DNA of 64,000 nucleotides from an uncultured Oscillospiraceae bacterium (GTDB lineage Bacteria > Bacillota > Clostridia > Oscillospirales > Oscillospiraceae): contig CAKTFW010000004.1 in NCBI GenBank assembly GCA_934561175.1, forward strand, positions 2,821 to 66,820. Reading direction: 5' to 3'. Below the pieces are notes generated by a model. It worked only from the letters and a program-made list of their open reading frames with translations, made no database searches and was not told the origin of the DNA. The translations under genes were made by a program, and so were the position numbers. How positions within the stretch are numbered: position 1 is the stretch's first letter; every line of letters starts with the position of its first letter. Below are positions 26,813 to 35,990 of the stretch, piece after piece.

Positions 26813-27502
26813 ATGGACTTGAGCGAGGAAAATCACAGCGATGCAGTAGAACAGGAACGGCAGCAGACGCTGGAATTTGGATCATCTGTAACATCAACCG
26901 GGCGCGGAACGATTTATACCATGGCAATTATCGGACAAATTGAAGGGCATCAGGTGCTTCCACCGACGGCAAAAACAACAAAGTATGAACATGTGATGCC
27001 GATTCTGGCCTCGGTGGAGGAATCGGAAGAGATTGATGGTTTGCTGCTGCTTTTGAATACGGTTGGCGGCGATATCGAAGCCGGACTTGGCATTGCAGAG
27101 ATGATCGCTGGAATGCGGAAACCGACAGTCTCTCTGGTGTTGGGCGGTGGGCACTCGATCGGTGTTCCTCTGGCAGTGTCGACCGCAAAGAGCTTTATAG
27201 TTCCGTCTGCGGGGATGACGATCCATCCGGTTCGAATGACCGGAATGGTTGTCGGCGTACCGCAAACCTTTCAGTATTTTCGGAGGATTCAGGATCGGAT
27301 CGTTGAGTTTGTAACAACACATTCTGCCATTTCACAGGAGCAATTTTTGCAGTATATGATGGCGACCGACGAGCTTGCAACCGATATTGGCACAGTGATT
27401 TATGGAAAACAGGCGGTTGCTTGCGGCCTGATTGACCATTTGGGTGGGATTCATGCGGCACTGGAATGCCTATATGATTTGATCGCAAAGAGAAAATTCT
27501 GA
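26813..27502 (+). CDS. tepA: ClpP-fold TepA/YmfB-like protein (translocation-enhancing protein family)
   Basis: IGQIEGH...KYEHVMPILA...IDGLLLLLNTVGGDIEAG...GGGHSIG. Synteny with ftsK/spoIIIE matches Bacillus. Confidence 0.8.
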   Translation: MDLSEENHSDAVEQERQQTLEFGSSVTSTGRGTIYTMAIIGQIEGHQVLPPTAKTTKYEHVMPILASVEESEEIDGLLLLLNTVGGDIEAGLGIAEMIAGMRKPTVSLVLGGGHSIGVPLAVSTAKSFIVPSAGMTIHPVRMTGMVVGVPQTFQYFRRIQDRIVEFVTTHSAISQEQFLQYMMATDELATDIGTVIYGKQAVACGLIDHLGGIHAALECLYDLIAKRKF

Positions 27503-27585
27503 AAACGGTTAGATAGCTGGAAATTCACAGCGGAGTATGATAAAATAAATAAATCTGACTGATCTTTATTCGCGGAGGCAATGAT

Positions 27586-28419
27586 ATGACATATTTAACC
27601 GCTATGGTGATGGGCCTGATTCAGGGCATCGCAGAATTTCTGCCGATTTCCAGCTCTGGGCATCTTGCAATTTTTCAGAACTTTTTTGGTATGAGCGATA
27701 TTGAGCACGACTATATGCTTTTTGATGTGTTGCTGCATCTTGGTACGCTGGTAGCTGTATTTGTTGCTTACTGGGCTGATATTGTGGCACTGCTGCGGGA
27801 ATTTTTCGCGATGGTGCATCTGCGCCGTCTGCCGGATGGCCAGCGGCCGGATGTTCCAACGCGGCGGCTGATTTTGATGATTATTGTGGCGACACTGCCG
27901 CTGTTTGCAATTTTGCCGGTAAAAGACAGGGTGGAAGAGCTGTATTCCAATACCTTTTTCATCAGCTTTGCTTTGATTGTCACCGGTGCAGTCCTGTTTT
28001 TCAGCGATCGGATGCGCCATGGCAAAAAAACAGACCGGGATGCAACCATGGTGGATGCACTTCTGATCGGTTGCGCGCAGGCGCTTGCTACGGTTCCGGG
28101 AATTTCCCGCTCCGGTGCCACAATTTCCGCCGGACTGGCCCGCGGATTTAACCGGCAGTTTGCCGTGCGTTTTTCGTTCCTGATGTCTATTCCGGCGGTA
28201 ATGGGTGCTAATATTTTGAGTCTGGTAGATGCGCTGAAGGCCGATACAGACTGGAGCCTGCTGCCAATGTATTTGGTGGGCGTTATGGTTGCGGCGGTGT
28301 CCGGCTATCTTTCTATCCGGCTGCTGCGGTATATTGCAAACAAAGGCTCGTTTGGATATTTCTCGTACTACTGCTGGGGTGTTGGCCTGCTGACGCTGAT
28401 TCTATCTCTGATTGCATAA
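27586..28419 (+). CDS. uppP: Undecaprenyl-diphosphate phosphatase
   Basis: GLIQGIAEFLPISSSGH and PGISRSG motifs, with a polytopic membrane profile. Confidence 0.95.
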   Translation: MTYLTAMVMGLIQGIAEFLPISSSGHLAIFQNFFGMSDIEHDYMLFDVLLHLGTLVAVFVAYWADIVALLREFFAMVHLRRLPDGQRPDVPTRRLILMIIVATLPLFAILPVKDRVEELYSNTFFISFALIVTGAVLFFSDRMRHGKKTDRDATMVDALLIGCAQALATVPGISRSGATISAGLARGFNRQFAVRFSFLMSIPAVMGANILSLVDALKADTDWSLLPMYLVGVMVAAVSGYLSIRLLRYIANKGSFGYFSYYCWGVGLLTLILSLIA

Positions 28420-28437
28420 GAAATTCAAAGAACAAAG

Positions 28438-31080
28438 GTGAAACGAATGGCTGCGAAGAAGCGAACCCATACGACAACTGGAAAAACAAAAAAACGGGGA
28501 AAATATGAGGCACGCGGTAATAATCGAAAGCCAGCTTATAATTCGGTCAGCCGGGAGATCGGCGCAATGGTTTCGCTGGGGTTGTGTATGGTGGTTGTCA
28601 TTGCCATGTTTGGCAGCGATGCGCTGTTGCTCCGGTGGATTCGCAGCTTGATCCGCGGACTGGTGGGCTATGGCTTTTATATGCTGCCATTTTGCCTGCT
28701 GCTGACGGCGGCAACCCTGTTTTTTCATAGAGGGAGACCGGTAAAAATGCGAGTGATCAGCACGATGAGCCTGCCGGTTACCGTTGGTGCGATGGTACAT
28801 ATTGCGGCATCGAGTGCCGAGATCTCCTGGAAACTGTCGACCCTGAAGGATCTTTATCTTTCTGGCGCGGCGGGAACCTCCGGCGGATTGATTTCTGGTC
28901 TCGTCGCTGAGATACTGCATACGGCGCTTGGCAGTTTTCTGTCGATGCTTCTGTTGATTGTCGGCACACTGGTTTTGCTGATTATGGCGTTTAATATGAC
29001 TGTTGCCAGTTTGATTCGGGCGATTAAAAATCGCCCACGGCCGGAGACGGAAGAGAAAGAACCGGAAGAAGAACCGATCGATACCGCGACGGCGCTGGTG
29101 AATCATGTGGCGCAGCGACATATGGAGAAGACCGCACGAAAAGCACGCTTTGCTTATGATGTACCGATTGATGAGGAAGAGAAAGTACCGGAGCGGAAAA
29201 GTTTGCTGCGCGCACCGACGGTAAAATCTCCCGACCAACTGATTCAGGAACGCCGGGCGGCAATGGTCAAAGCTGCAGCGCAGCAGGCGGCCCAGCCGGA
29301 ACTACAGGAAGAACCGCTGCAGACGATGATTCCAGATACGGCACCGGTACAGTCAGTACCGGTTACCACACCAATCCAAACGGAAGAACCGGAGCAGCGG
29401 GAATCGGAAGAGATCAAGCGCATGGAGCTGGTGCCGCCCGCACCGCAGGAGCCGGAACCGCCTGTGCTGACGGAGCCAATTGTACCGGAAGTGCAGAAAA
29501 CGATGTGGCCGAAGGAAACGCAGCAGGCTGCGGTGGAAATTGCGCAGGATATTGCAGAGCAGCCAGGCATATCGGCGGAGTATCACTATCCGCCGATTTC
29601 TCTGCTGGATGCGCCGACGGCAACGGCGGTGAACGGATATACGGAGATGCGCGAAAACCAGCAGCGGTTGGCAAATACCCTACAGAGCTTTGGTATTGAT
29701 GCAGAGATCCAGAATGTTACCCGCGGCCCATCGGTCACCCGGTATGAACTGAAATTGGATCAGGGCGTAAAGCTCTCAAAAATTACAAATCTGGCCGACG
29801 ATATTGCGCTGTCGCTTGGTGCTTCTGGTGTGCGGATTTCCGCGATTCCGGATCAGATTTCCGTGGTTGGCATTGAGGTGCCAAATAAGGTGGTCAGCAC
29901 AGTTTATGCGCGGGAAGTGATTGATTCACCGGAATTCCGCAACCACAAATCCAGAGTTGCCTTTGCGGTTGGTAAAGACATTGGTGGCAATGCAATTGTG
30001 GGGAATATTGCGAAGCTGCCGCATATGCTGATTGCCGGAACTACAGGTTCCGGTAAATCAGTCTGTATGAATACGCTGATTATCTCATTGCTCTATAAGT
30101 CGAAACCAGAAGAGGTCAAGCTGATTATGGTTGACCCCAAAATGGTAGAGCTTGGGATTTACAATGGCATTCCGCACCTGCTGATTCCGGTTGTCACGGA
30201 TCCGAAAAAGGCTGCCGGTGCGCTGCAATGGGCTGTGACAGAAATGATGCGTCGTTATCGCTTGATGGCGGATGCTGGGGTGCGGGATCTGGAGTCCTAC
30301 AACAAGCAAGCTGCTACAACCGGTGTAGAGCCAATGGCACAATTGGTTGTTGTGATTGATGAGCTTGCAGATTTGATGCTGGTTGCAGCAAAGGAAGTTG
30401 AGGAATCCATCTGCCGCGTTGCACAGATGGGCCGTGCTTCTGGTATTCATCTGGTGATTGCCACACAGCGGCCTTCTGCTGATGTGATCACCGGACTGAT
30501 GAAGGCCAACATTCCGTCGCGGATTGCGTTTGCTGTGGCATCTTCCTTGGAATCGCGCATTATTTTGGATTCGCCGGGCGCTGAAAAACTGGTTGGCAAA
30601 GGTGATATGCTGTTTGCGCCGCTGGGGCAGGGCAAACCGATGCGTGTACAGGGCTGCTTCATCAGCGATGATGAGGTGCAGCGGGTTGTGGAATTTATTA
30701 AAAAGAATACTGCATCGGATTACAATGACAGCATTATGCAGCAGATTGAACGCCATGCAGCAGAGACTGGAAAACCCGCGGGCAAGACTATGGAAGAAGA
30801 GGCTGCCAGCCATGGCGGCTATGATGATGAGTTGTTGCCTGCAGCAGTTGAAGTGATTCTGGAGACGGGGCAAGCTTCTGTTTCGATGCTGCAGCGTCGG
30901 CTCAAACTTGGCTATGCGCGCGCAGCGCGGATTGTAGACGAAATGGAGGACAGGGGAATTGTCGGTCCCTTTGAAGGCTCAAAACCGCGCCAGTTGTTGA
31001 TTACAAGAGATCAGTGGCAGCAAATGCAGGGAGAGATGGAAGAACCGGACAATCCGCCGGTAGAGGAAGAAATTCCCTGA
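28438..31080 (+). CDS. ftsK: DNA translocase FtsK/SpoIIIE
   Basis: N-terminal TM helices, a Pro/Gln/Glu-rich linker, a motor domain (GTTGSGKS, VVVIDELADL) and a gamma winged-helix domain (ASVSMLQRRLKLGYARAARIVDEME). Confidence 0.95.
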   Translation: MKRMAAKKRTHTTTGKTKKRGKYEARGNNRKPAYNSVSREIGAMVSLGLCMVVVIAMFGSDALLLRWIRSLIRGLVGYGFYMLPFCLLLTAATLFFHRGRPVKMRVISTMSLPVTVGAMVHIAASSAEISWKLSTLKDLYLSGAAGTSGGLISGLVAEILHTALGSFLSMLLLIVGTLVLLIMAFNMTVASLIRAIKNRPRPETEEKEPEEEPIDTATALVNHVAQRHMEKTARKARFAYDVPIDEEEKVPERKSLLRAPTVKSPDQLIQERRAAMVKAAAQQAAQPELQEEPLQTMIPDTAPVQSVPVTTPIQTEEPEQRESEEIKRMELVPPAPQEPEPPVLTEPIVPEVQKTMWPKETQQAAVEIAQDIAEQPGISAEYHYPPISLLDAPTATAVNGYTEMRENQQRLANTLQSFGIDAEIQNVTRGPSVTRYELKLDQGVKLSKITNLADDIALSLGASGVRISAIPDQISVVGIEVPNKVVSTVYAREVIDSPEFRNHKSRVAFAVGKDIGGNAIVGNIAKLPHMLIAGTTGSGKSVCMNTLIISLLYKSKPEEVKLIMVDPKMVELGIYNGIPHLLIPVVTDPKKAAGALQWAVTEMMRRYRLMADAGVRDLESYNKQAATTGVEPMAQLVVVIDELADLMLVAAKEVEESICRVAQMGRASGIHLVIATQRPSADVITGLMKANIPSRIAFAVASSLESRIILDSPGAEKLVGKGDMLFAPLGQGKPMRVQGCFISDDEVQRVVEFIKKNTASDYNDSIMQQIERHAAETGKPAGKTMEEEAASHGGYDDELLPAAVEVILETGQASVSMLQRRLKLGYARAARIVDEMEDRGIVGPFEGSKPRQLLITRDQWQQMQGEMEEPDNPPVEEEIP

Positions 31081-31152
31081 ATTTACAATTTGTTTTCACT
31101 TTGTCGGTAAATCCTTCACAGTTTAGACATAATCATTGTGTACCTTAAAGAT

Positions 31153-31212
31153 GGATAGCGGAGCTGAAGCTGCAAGGGGCTTTGCAGCTTGGACGGCAGT
31201 TCTGATCTATCC
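31153..31212 (+). other. Long imperfect hairpin in an orphan intergenic region (candidate small structured RNA)
   Basis: GGAUAG..GAGCUG.AAGCUGCAA-ggggcu-UUGCAGCUU..CAGUUC..CUAUCC. A CU-rich stretch and a strong terminator follow at 31245-31282. Confidence 0.3.
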
Positions 31213-31244
31213 CTTATCCACCTCTCTTTCCCATCAATAGAAAC

Positions 31245-31282
31245 AAAGAACCCGCAGCTTAGCTGCGGGTTCTTTGTGTTTT
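31245..31282 (+). terminator. Rho-independent terminator (ftsK side / candidate sRNA)
   Basis: Stem aaagaacccgcagc/gctgcgggttcttt, followed by gtgtttt. Confidence 0.7.
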
Positions 31283-31284
31283 AT

Positions 31285-31326
31285 AAAAGCGTTCGCACCC
31301 GATTGAAGTCGGATGCGAACGCTTTT
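31285..31326 (-). terminator. Rho-independent terminator of murC
   Basis: Stem agcgttcgca/tgcgaacgct with an inner ccga/tcgg pairing. A-run and T-run flank it, so it can work in both directions. Confidence 0.7.
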
Positions 31327-31346
31327 TGCTTTCTTGGTAATTGAAG

Positions 31347-32717
31347 TTATCCTTTTACAATTGCATCTGCAACGGTATAGATATCACCGGCACCGACAGT
31401 TAAAATAACATCGCCAGGCTGCGCCAGAGATTTCAGATACGCAGTTACCTCCGGCAGTGTCTCAAAATAGACGGCACCGTCAATTTTTTCGGCAAGATCT
31501 CGTGAGGAGATTCCAATGGTATTCTGTTCCCGTGCCGCGTAAATCTCAGCCAGAACAGCAAGATCAGCACGGCGCAGCTCTCGCAGAAAATCGTCAAACA
31601 ATGCTTTGGTACGGGTGTAGGTATGGGGCTGGAATGCACAAATAACACGCTTATATCCCATGGATGCAACGGCAGAAAGCGTGGCATGAAGCTCACTGGG
31701 GTGATGCGCATAATCGTCGTAAATATCGGCTCCCTGATAAGTGCCTTTATATTCCAGACGGCGGCCAGCGCCACGGAAAGAAGCAAGCGCCTGGGCGGTG
31801 ATATCGCCGGGAATTCCTGCCTTCCAGGCGACGGCGCAGGCGGCCAGCGCGTTGTAGGCATTATGGCGGCCGATGACCTTCAGCTCCAGATGGGTATAGT
31901 GTTTGCCGCGGCAGAACACATCAAAAGACGAATAGCCGCGAGACATGGGACCGGCAGTTACATCTGCACCGGCTTCCAAGCCGAAGGTGATGAGGTTCCC
32001 TGTGTAATCGTGTAATGTCTGCATGGTGTTTTCGTCATCCCGGTTAGCGACGACAAGACCATCTGCCGGAACAAGTTCGGCAAATTTGCGAAAAGAAGAT
32101 TTGATGTCATCCAGACTGTGGAAAAAATCGAGATGATCAGCATCTACATTTAGAATCACAGCAGTTGTAGGGAAAAAGTTCAGGAAAGAATTGCAGTATT
32201 CGCAGCTCTCCATCACAATTGTGTCGCCATTGCCGATCCGGTGGCCGGATTTTAAAAGTGGGAGATAGCCGCCGATCATAACAGTTGGGTCGGCACCGGC
32301 TTCCATAAAGATATGAGTCAGCATAGAGGTTGTCGTTGTTTTTCCGTGGGTGCCGGATACACAAATTGCGTTGCGATAGGACTGCATGATGACGCCCCAG
32401 GCTTGTGCACGCTCAAAAACCGGAATCCCTTCGGCTCTGGCGGCGGCGATTTCCGGATTGTCGTTGTGCGCAGCGGCAGTACGAATGATGCAATCTGCAC
32501 CCTTAATATTTTGTGCACGGTGCCCGATGGCAACCGGAATGCCCTGGCTCTGCAAATCCTCCGTAGAAACGGAACTGTTCATATCTGAGCCGGTGATTGT
32601 TAGGCCCATGCTGTGCAGTACCAAGCCGAGGGGGCGCATGGAAACGCCGCCAATGCCGACCAGATGCGCGTGGGTACCGGGCTTTAGAAAAGAACGAATA
32701 TCATATTGAGACTGCAT
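31347..32717 (-). CDS. murC: UDP-N-acetylmuramate--L-alanine ligase
   Basis: HLVGIGGVSM, GTHGKTTTTSM, and Mur ligase middle and C-terminal domains. ATG 32717 is preceded by GGAGG. Confidence 0.95.
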   Translation of the reverse strand: MQSQYDIRSFLKPGTHAHLVGIGGVSMRPLGLVLHSMGLTITGSDMNSSVSTEDLQSQGIPVAIGHRAQNIKGADCIIRTAAAHNDNPEIAAARAEGIPVFERAQAWGVIMQSYRNAICVSGTHGKTTTTSMLTHIFMEAGADPTVMIGGYLPLLKSGHRIGNGDTIVMESCEYCNSFLNFFPTTAVILNVDADHLDFFHSLDDIKSSFRKFAELVPADGLVVANRDDENTMQTLHDYTGNLITFGLEAGADVTAGPMSRGYSSFDVFCRGKHYTHLELKVIGRHNAYNALAACAVAWKAGIPGDITAQALASFRGAGRRLEYKGTYQGADIYDDYAHHPSELHATLSAVASMGYKRVICAFQPHTYTRTKALFDDFLRELRRADLAVLAEIYAAREQNTIGISSRDLAEKIDGAVYFETLPEVTAYLKSLAQPGDVILTVGAGDIYTVADAIVKG

Positions 32718-32873
32718 GGAGATTCCTCCGGATGTCAAATTTCTATGAGAGATTGCGATTCTCACAAATTATTATTATAATACTGAATGAACGGGAACAC
32801 AAGAATTATTTGCAGTTTCAGACAGAAGTATTGATTGATCTGTTCGATTTTTCAGAGAACGGGGGTAAAGTCC

Positions 32874-33980
32874 ATGGATGCAGCAGCACGAGAGATCTTA
32901 CAAAACTTGCGGAATGCCGGATACTTGGCGTACCTCGTTGGGGGATGTGTCCGTGATACGCTGCTTGGACGGCCGATCCATGACTGGGATATTACCACAA
33001 ATGCTAAACCGGAAGAAATTGCGGCTTGTTTTGAAAAGACTGTACTGACCGGGGCGCGTTATGGAACGGTAATTGTTCTGCTCCATAACAGTGCATACGA
33101 GGTGACAACTTTCCGTACTGACGGCGCGTACAGGGATAACCGGCGGCCAGATCAGGTGAAATTTGTTGCTTCACTGCAGGCAGATCTTGCGCGGCGTGAT
33201 TTTACGATCAATGCGATGGCGATGGATCAATATGGGAGACTTACAGACCCGTTCGGCGGCCGGGAGGATCTTGCGTCGGGCTGTATCCGGGCAGTTGGAA
33301 ATCCTATGGTACGATTTGAAGAGGATGCGCTTCGGATGATCCGCGCCATACGATTTCAGGCGCAGCTTGGATTCACGATTGCGGCGGAAACAAGAGCTGC
33401 CATTGGCCGCTGCGCGCCGATGGCGGCAGCAGTTTCTGCAGAACGAGTCAGGGATGAGCTGGAAAAAATACTGTGCTCACAGTGTCCGGAAACTGTGGAA
33501 GCGTTAGCAGCGTTTGGCTTTCTGCGCCGTTTTGGCGTTCGGCAGGTACCGCAGCTGCGGAGCGTGAAAAATGAAAGACTGCTCCGCTGGGCAAGCCTGA
33601 AATTGGCCGTACCGGAATTGGACTTGGCGATGTTACGGTTAGATCGCACGACGATTCACTGTGTGCAGGCGGCGGTAGACGCTTGCCGCGGCGAGACGCT
33701 GAATTTGCCTGCGCTTTATGCAGCTGCGGGAATGCGTACTGCGGAAATTGCTGCGGTACTGTGTGGGAAAGAAGAACTTCTGGAATCACTTGCAAGGGAT
33801 GGAAGACTGGTATGCTTGCAGGATTTGGCCGTTCGCGGAAATGATTTAAGTTGGCTCAGGGGGCCTGCTGTTGGAAAGATGCTGCATAAGTTGCTGGTTG
33901 CAGTACAGAATAATCCGGATTGTAATCACAAGGAGCAGCTGCTAAAGTTGGCGCATGAAATTGACAGCTCAACAAATTGA
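32874..33980 (+). CDS. cca: CCA-adding tRNA nucleotidyltransferase (PolyA-pol head-domain family)
   Basis: LVGGCVRDTLLGRPIHDWDITT and RRDFTINAMA motifs. Confidence 0.85.
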   Translation: MDAAAREILQNLRNAGYLAYLVGGCVRDTLLGRPIHDWDITTNAKPEEIAACFEKTVLTGARYGTVIVLLHNSAYEVTTFRTDGAYRDNRRPDQVKFVASLQADLARRDFTINAMAMDQYGRLTDPFGGREDLASGCIRAVGNPMVRFEEDALRMIRAIRFQAQLGFTIAAETRAAIGRCAPMAAAVSAERVRDELEKILCSQCPETVEALAAFGFLRRFGVRQVPQLRSVKNERLLRWASLKLAVPELDLAMLRLDRTTIHCVQAAVDACRGETLNLPALYAAAGMRTAEIAAVLCGKEELLESLARDGRLVCLQDLAVRGNDLSWLRGPAVGKMLHKLLVAVQNNPDCNHKEQLLKLAHEIDSSTN

Positions 33981-34013
33981 TGCTATTGTAAGAAAAACAG
34001 AGGAAGTGATTTG

Positions 34014-34472
34014 ATGCGTGGGAGCAGCTTAATGCGCTTTACGGTATTGGTCAATAGCGCCACCAAATCCATTCAGCGCTTAGAAAATCGAAAGATGGAA
34101 CGATTTGGCCTTGGCAGCACACATACGCGCTGCTTGTATTTGTTGCTCCGGGCGGGGAAAAAGGGATTGACACAGACAGAGCTTTGTACGCTGGAGAATA
34201 CAGACAAAGCGCAGATTTCGCGTGTAGTACGGGAGCTGACGGAAAAGGGGTACGCGGCGGCAGTTCCTTCTGAGGAGGGAACTGCAAAATATCGCCGCCG
34301 CTATCAGCTTACCGTGCGTGGGCGGGAGGTTGCAACAGAGATCAACCAAATGATAGACGAGGTTGTACAGTTTGTCCGTGAACCGATTTCAGAGGAAGAG
34401 ACGGAGCAATTTATCCGGATTATGCGTGTTATTTGCGATAGACTGAAGATGGCGGTAGATGGAGAATCCTGA
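34014..34472 (+). CDS. MarR-family transcriptional regulator
   Basis: Winged HTH: GLTQTELCTLENTDKAQISRVVRELTEKGY. Confidence 0.85.
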   Translation: MRGSSLMRFTVLVNSATKSIQRLENRKMERFGLGSTHTRCLYLLLRAGKKGLTQTELCTLENTDKAQISRVVRELTEKGYAAAVPSEEGTAKYRRRYQLTVRGREVATEINQMIDEVVQFVREPISEEETEQFIRIMRVICDRLKMAVDGES

Positions 34473-34506
34473 GAAAAATGTCTAGTGCTTCAGAGCATTG
34501 GGGTAT

Positions 34507-34548
34507 AAAAAGCCATGCACACTGTAACGGTGTGCATGGCCATTTTTA
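34507..34548. terminator. Bidirectional rho-independent terminator
   Basis: An 11 bp stem, gccatgcacac/gtgtgcatggc, flanked by A5 and T5. Confidence 0.75.
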
Positions 34549-34950
34549 TTTCTTTTCCGGCAATACAAAACCGTTCATCGTCATGAAAGCAACTTGATTG
34601 CCAAGGTCATCGGAAATTTCGATTTTGAAAAAGTTGGTAGAACGCCCGCTTCGAATGACATCTGCTTGAGCATAGAGCACGCTTCCCTTTGCCGATGCAA
34701 GATAGGTGATCTGACCACTGGTGGAAATTGCAGGTTTTTGATCAAAATTTGATGCGACTGCGTAAGCGTAGTCGGCAAGGGTGAAGATCGCACCGCCCAT
34801 CGGAACGCCCAGGCAATTCATATGCCGCGGCTCTAGCTTCAGCATACATCTGGAATGGCCGACAGACGCTTCTAAAATTTCGACACCGGTAACGGCGGTT
34901 GCAAACAGATCGGAAGAAAATTGCGCTTTTGCACGCTCAAGATCGGTCAT
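34546..34950 (-). CDS. PaaI-family hotdog-fold thioesterase
   Basis: ...MNCLGVPMGGAIFTLADYAYAVA... is typical of the PaaI/YdiI family. The ORF-track start at 35055 reads through the mutY 3' end. Confidence 0.85.
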   Translation of the reverse strand: MTDLERAKAQFSSDLFATAVTGVEILEASVGHSRCMLKLEPRHMNCLGVPMGGAIFTLADYAYAVASNFDQKPAISTSGQITYLASAKGSVLYAQADVIRSGRSTNFFKIEISDDLGNQVAFMTMNGFVLPEKK

Positions 34951-34961
34951 GATAGCACTCC

Positions 34962-35990
34962 TTATAGAAAGATTCGGAAAGCGGTTGGCAGTGCATACTG
35001 GGATGCGAGGGCATCGCTTGCGACCCAAACAAAACGCGATGACGCTGCTTGACATCGAATTTCAAAGCAGCGCATGTGCCATTCGATATGGGTGAAAATG
35101 TGGGTATGGTCGACCGATTTTACCAGTTCCAGCGGATGCACATCAAATGCAGAGGCTGTTTCCAACGCTTGCTGGGCAGTGAGATGTTCTGAACAGTTTG
35201 GAAGCTCCCAAAGACCGGCGAGAAGACCTTTTGCCGGCCGGCGGTGGAGCGCAACTGTATCTGCACAGCGCAGCAGGAAAACCGTCCGATTTTCGATCCG
35301 GCGCGGCCGCTTGACAGATTTTACCGGATAGGCGGTTTCTCTGCTGCTCAGATGCGCTGCACACAGGTCCTGAAGCGGACAATTCAGACAGTCCGGTGCG
35401 CCATTCGGCGCACAGATGGTAGCACCAAGTTCCATCAGGCTCTGTGTAAAATCGCCACAGGCATCAGCGGGATAGATTGCGGCAAGTGACTGTGTGATTT
35501 CTTTTTTCACAGCAGGGGTGTCAATCGGGGCGTCGTTTGCGGTCAAGCGTGTGGTGACCCGCAGCACATTGCCGTCCACAGCAGGGGTCGGCTGGCCAAA
35601 GCAGATGGAAGCGATTGCACCGGCGGTATAAGCACCGATCCCAGGAAGCTGCAGAATTTGTGCGTGGGTAGATGGAAACACACCGTCATACTCCGACAGA
35701 ATCACTTGTGCAGCGCGCTTGAGATTCCGGACGCGAGTGTAGTAACCAAGCCCTTCCCAAAGCTTGTGCAGCTGGTCGTCATCTGCTGCGGCCAGCGACG
35801 AAATATCCGGTAAGGCTTGCAGAAATCGTGTGTAATAGGATTTAACAGCTTCCACACGCGTCTGCTGCAGCATGATTTCTGAGAGCCAGACATGATATGG
35901 CTCACGGTCACGGCGCCAGGGCAAATCACGGTGATGCGCTGCATACCAGGGCAGCAGACGACCGGGCAGGGAAGCGAAGCGTTCATCCAT
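34962..35990 (-). CDS. mutY: A/G-specific adenine DNA glycosylase
   Basis: LPWR...[16 protein letters not shown], HhH-GPD, an Fe-S cluster loop C..C..C..C, and a NUDIX-like C-terminal domain. Confidence 0.92.
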   Translation of the reverse strand: MDERFASLPGRLLPWYAAHHRDLPWRRDREPYHVWLSEIMLQQTRVEAVKSYYTRFLQALPDISSLAAADDDQLHKLWEGLGYYTRVRNLKRAAQVILSEYDGVFPSTHAQILQLPGIGAYTAGAIASICFGQPTPAVDGNVLRVTTRLTANDAPIDTPAVKKEITQSLAAIYPADACGDFTQSLMELGATICAPNGAPDCLNCPLQDLCAAHLSSRETAYPVKSVKRPRRIENRTVFLLRCADTVALHRRPAKGLLAGLWELPNCSEHLTAQQALETASAFDVHPLELVKSVDHTHIFTHIEWHMRCFEIRCQAASSRFVWVASDALASQYALPTAFRIFL

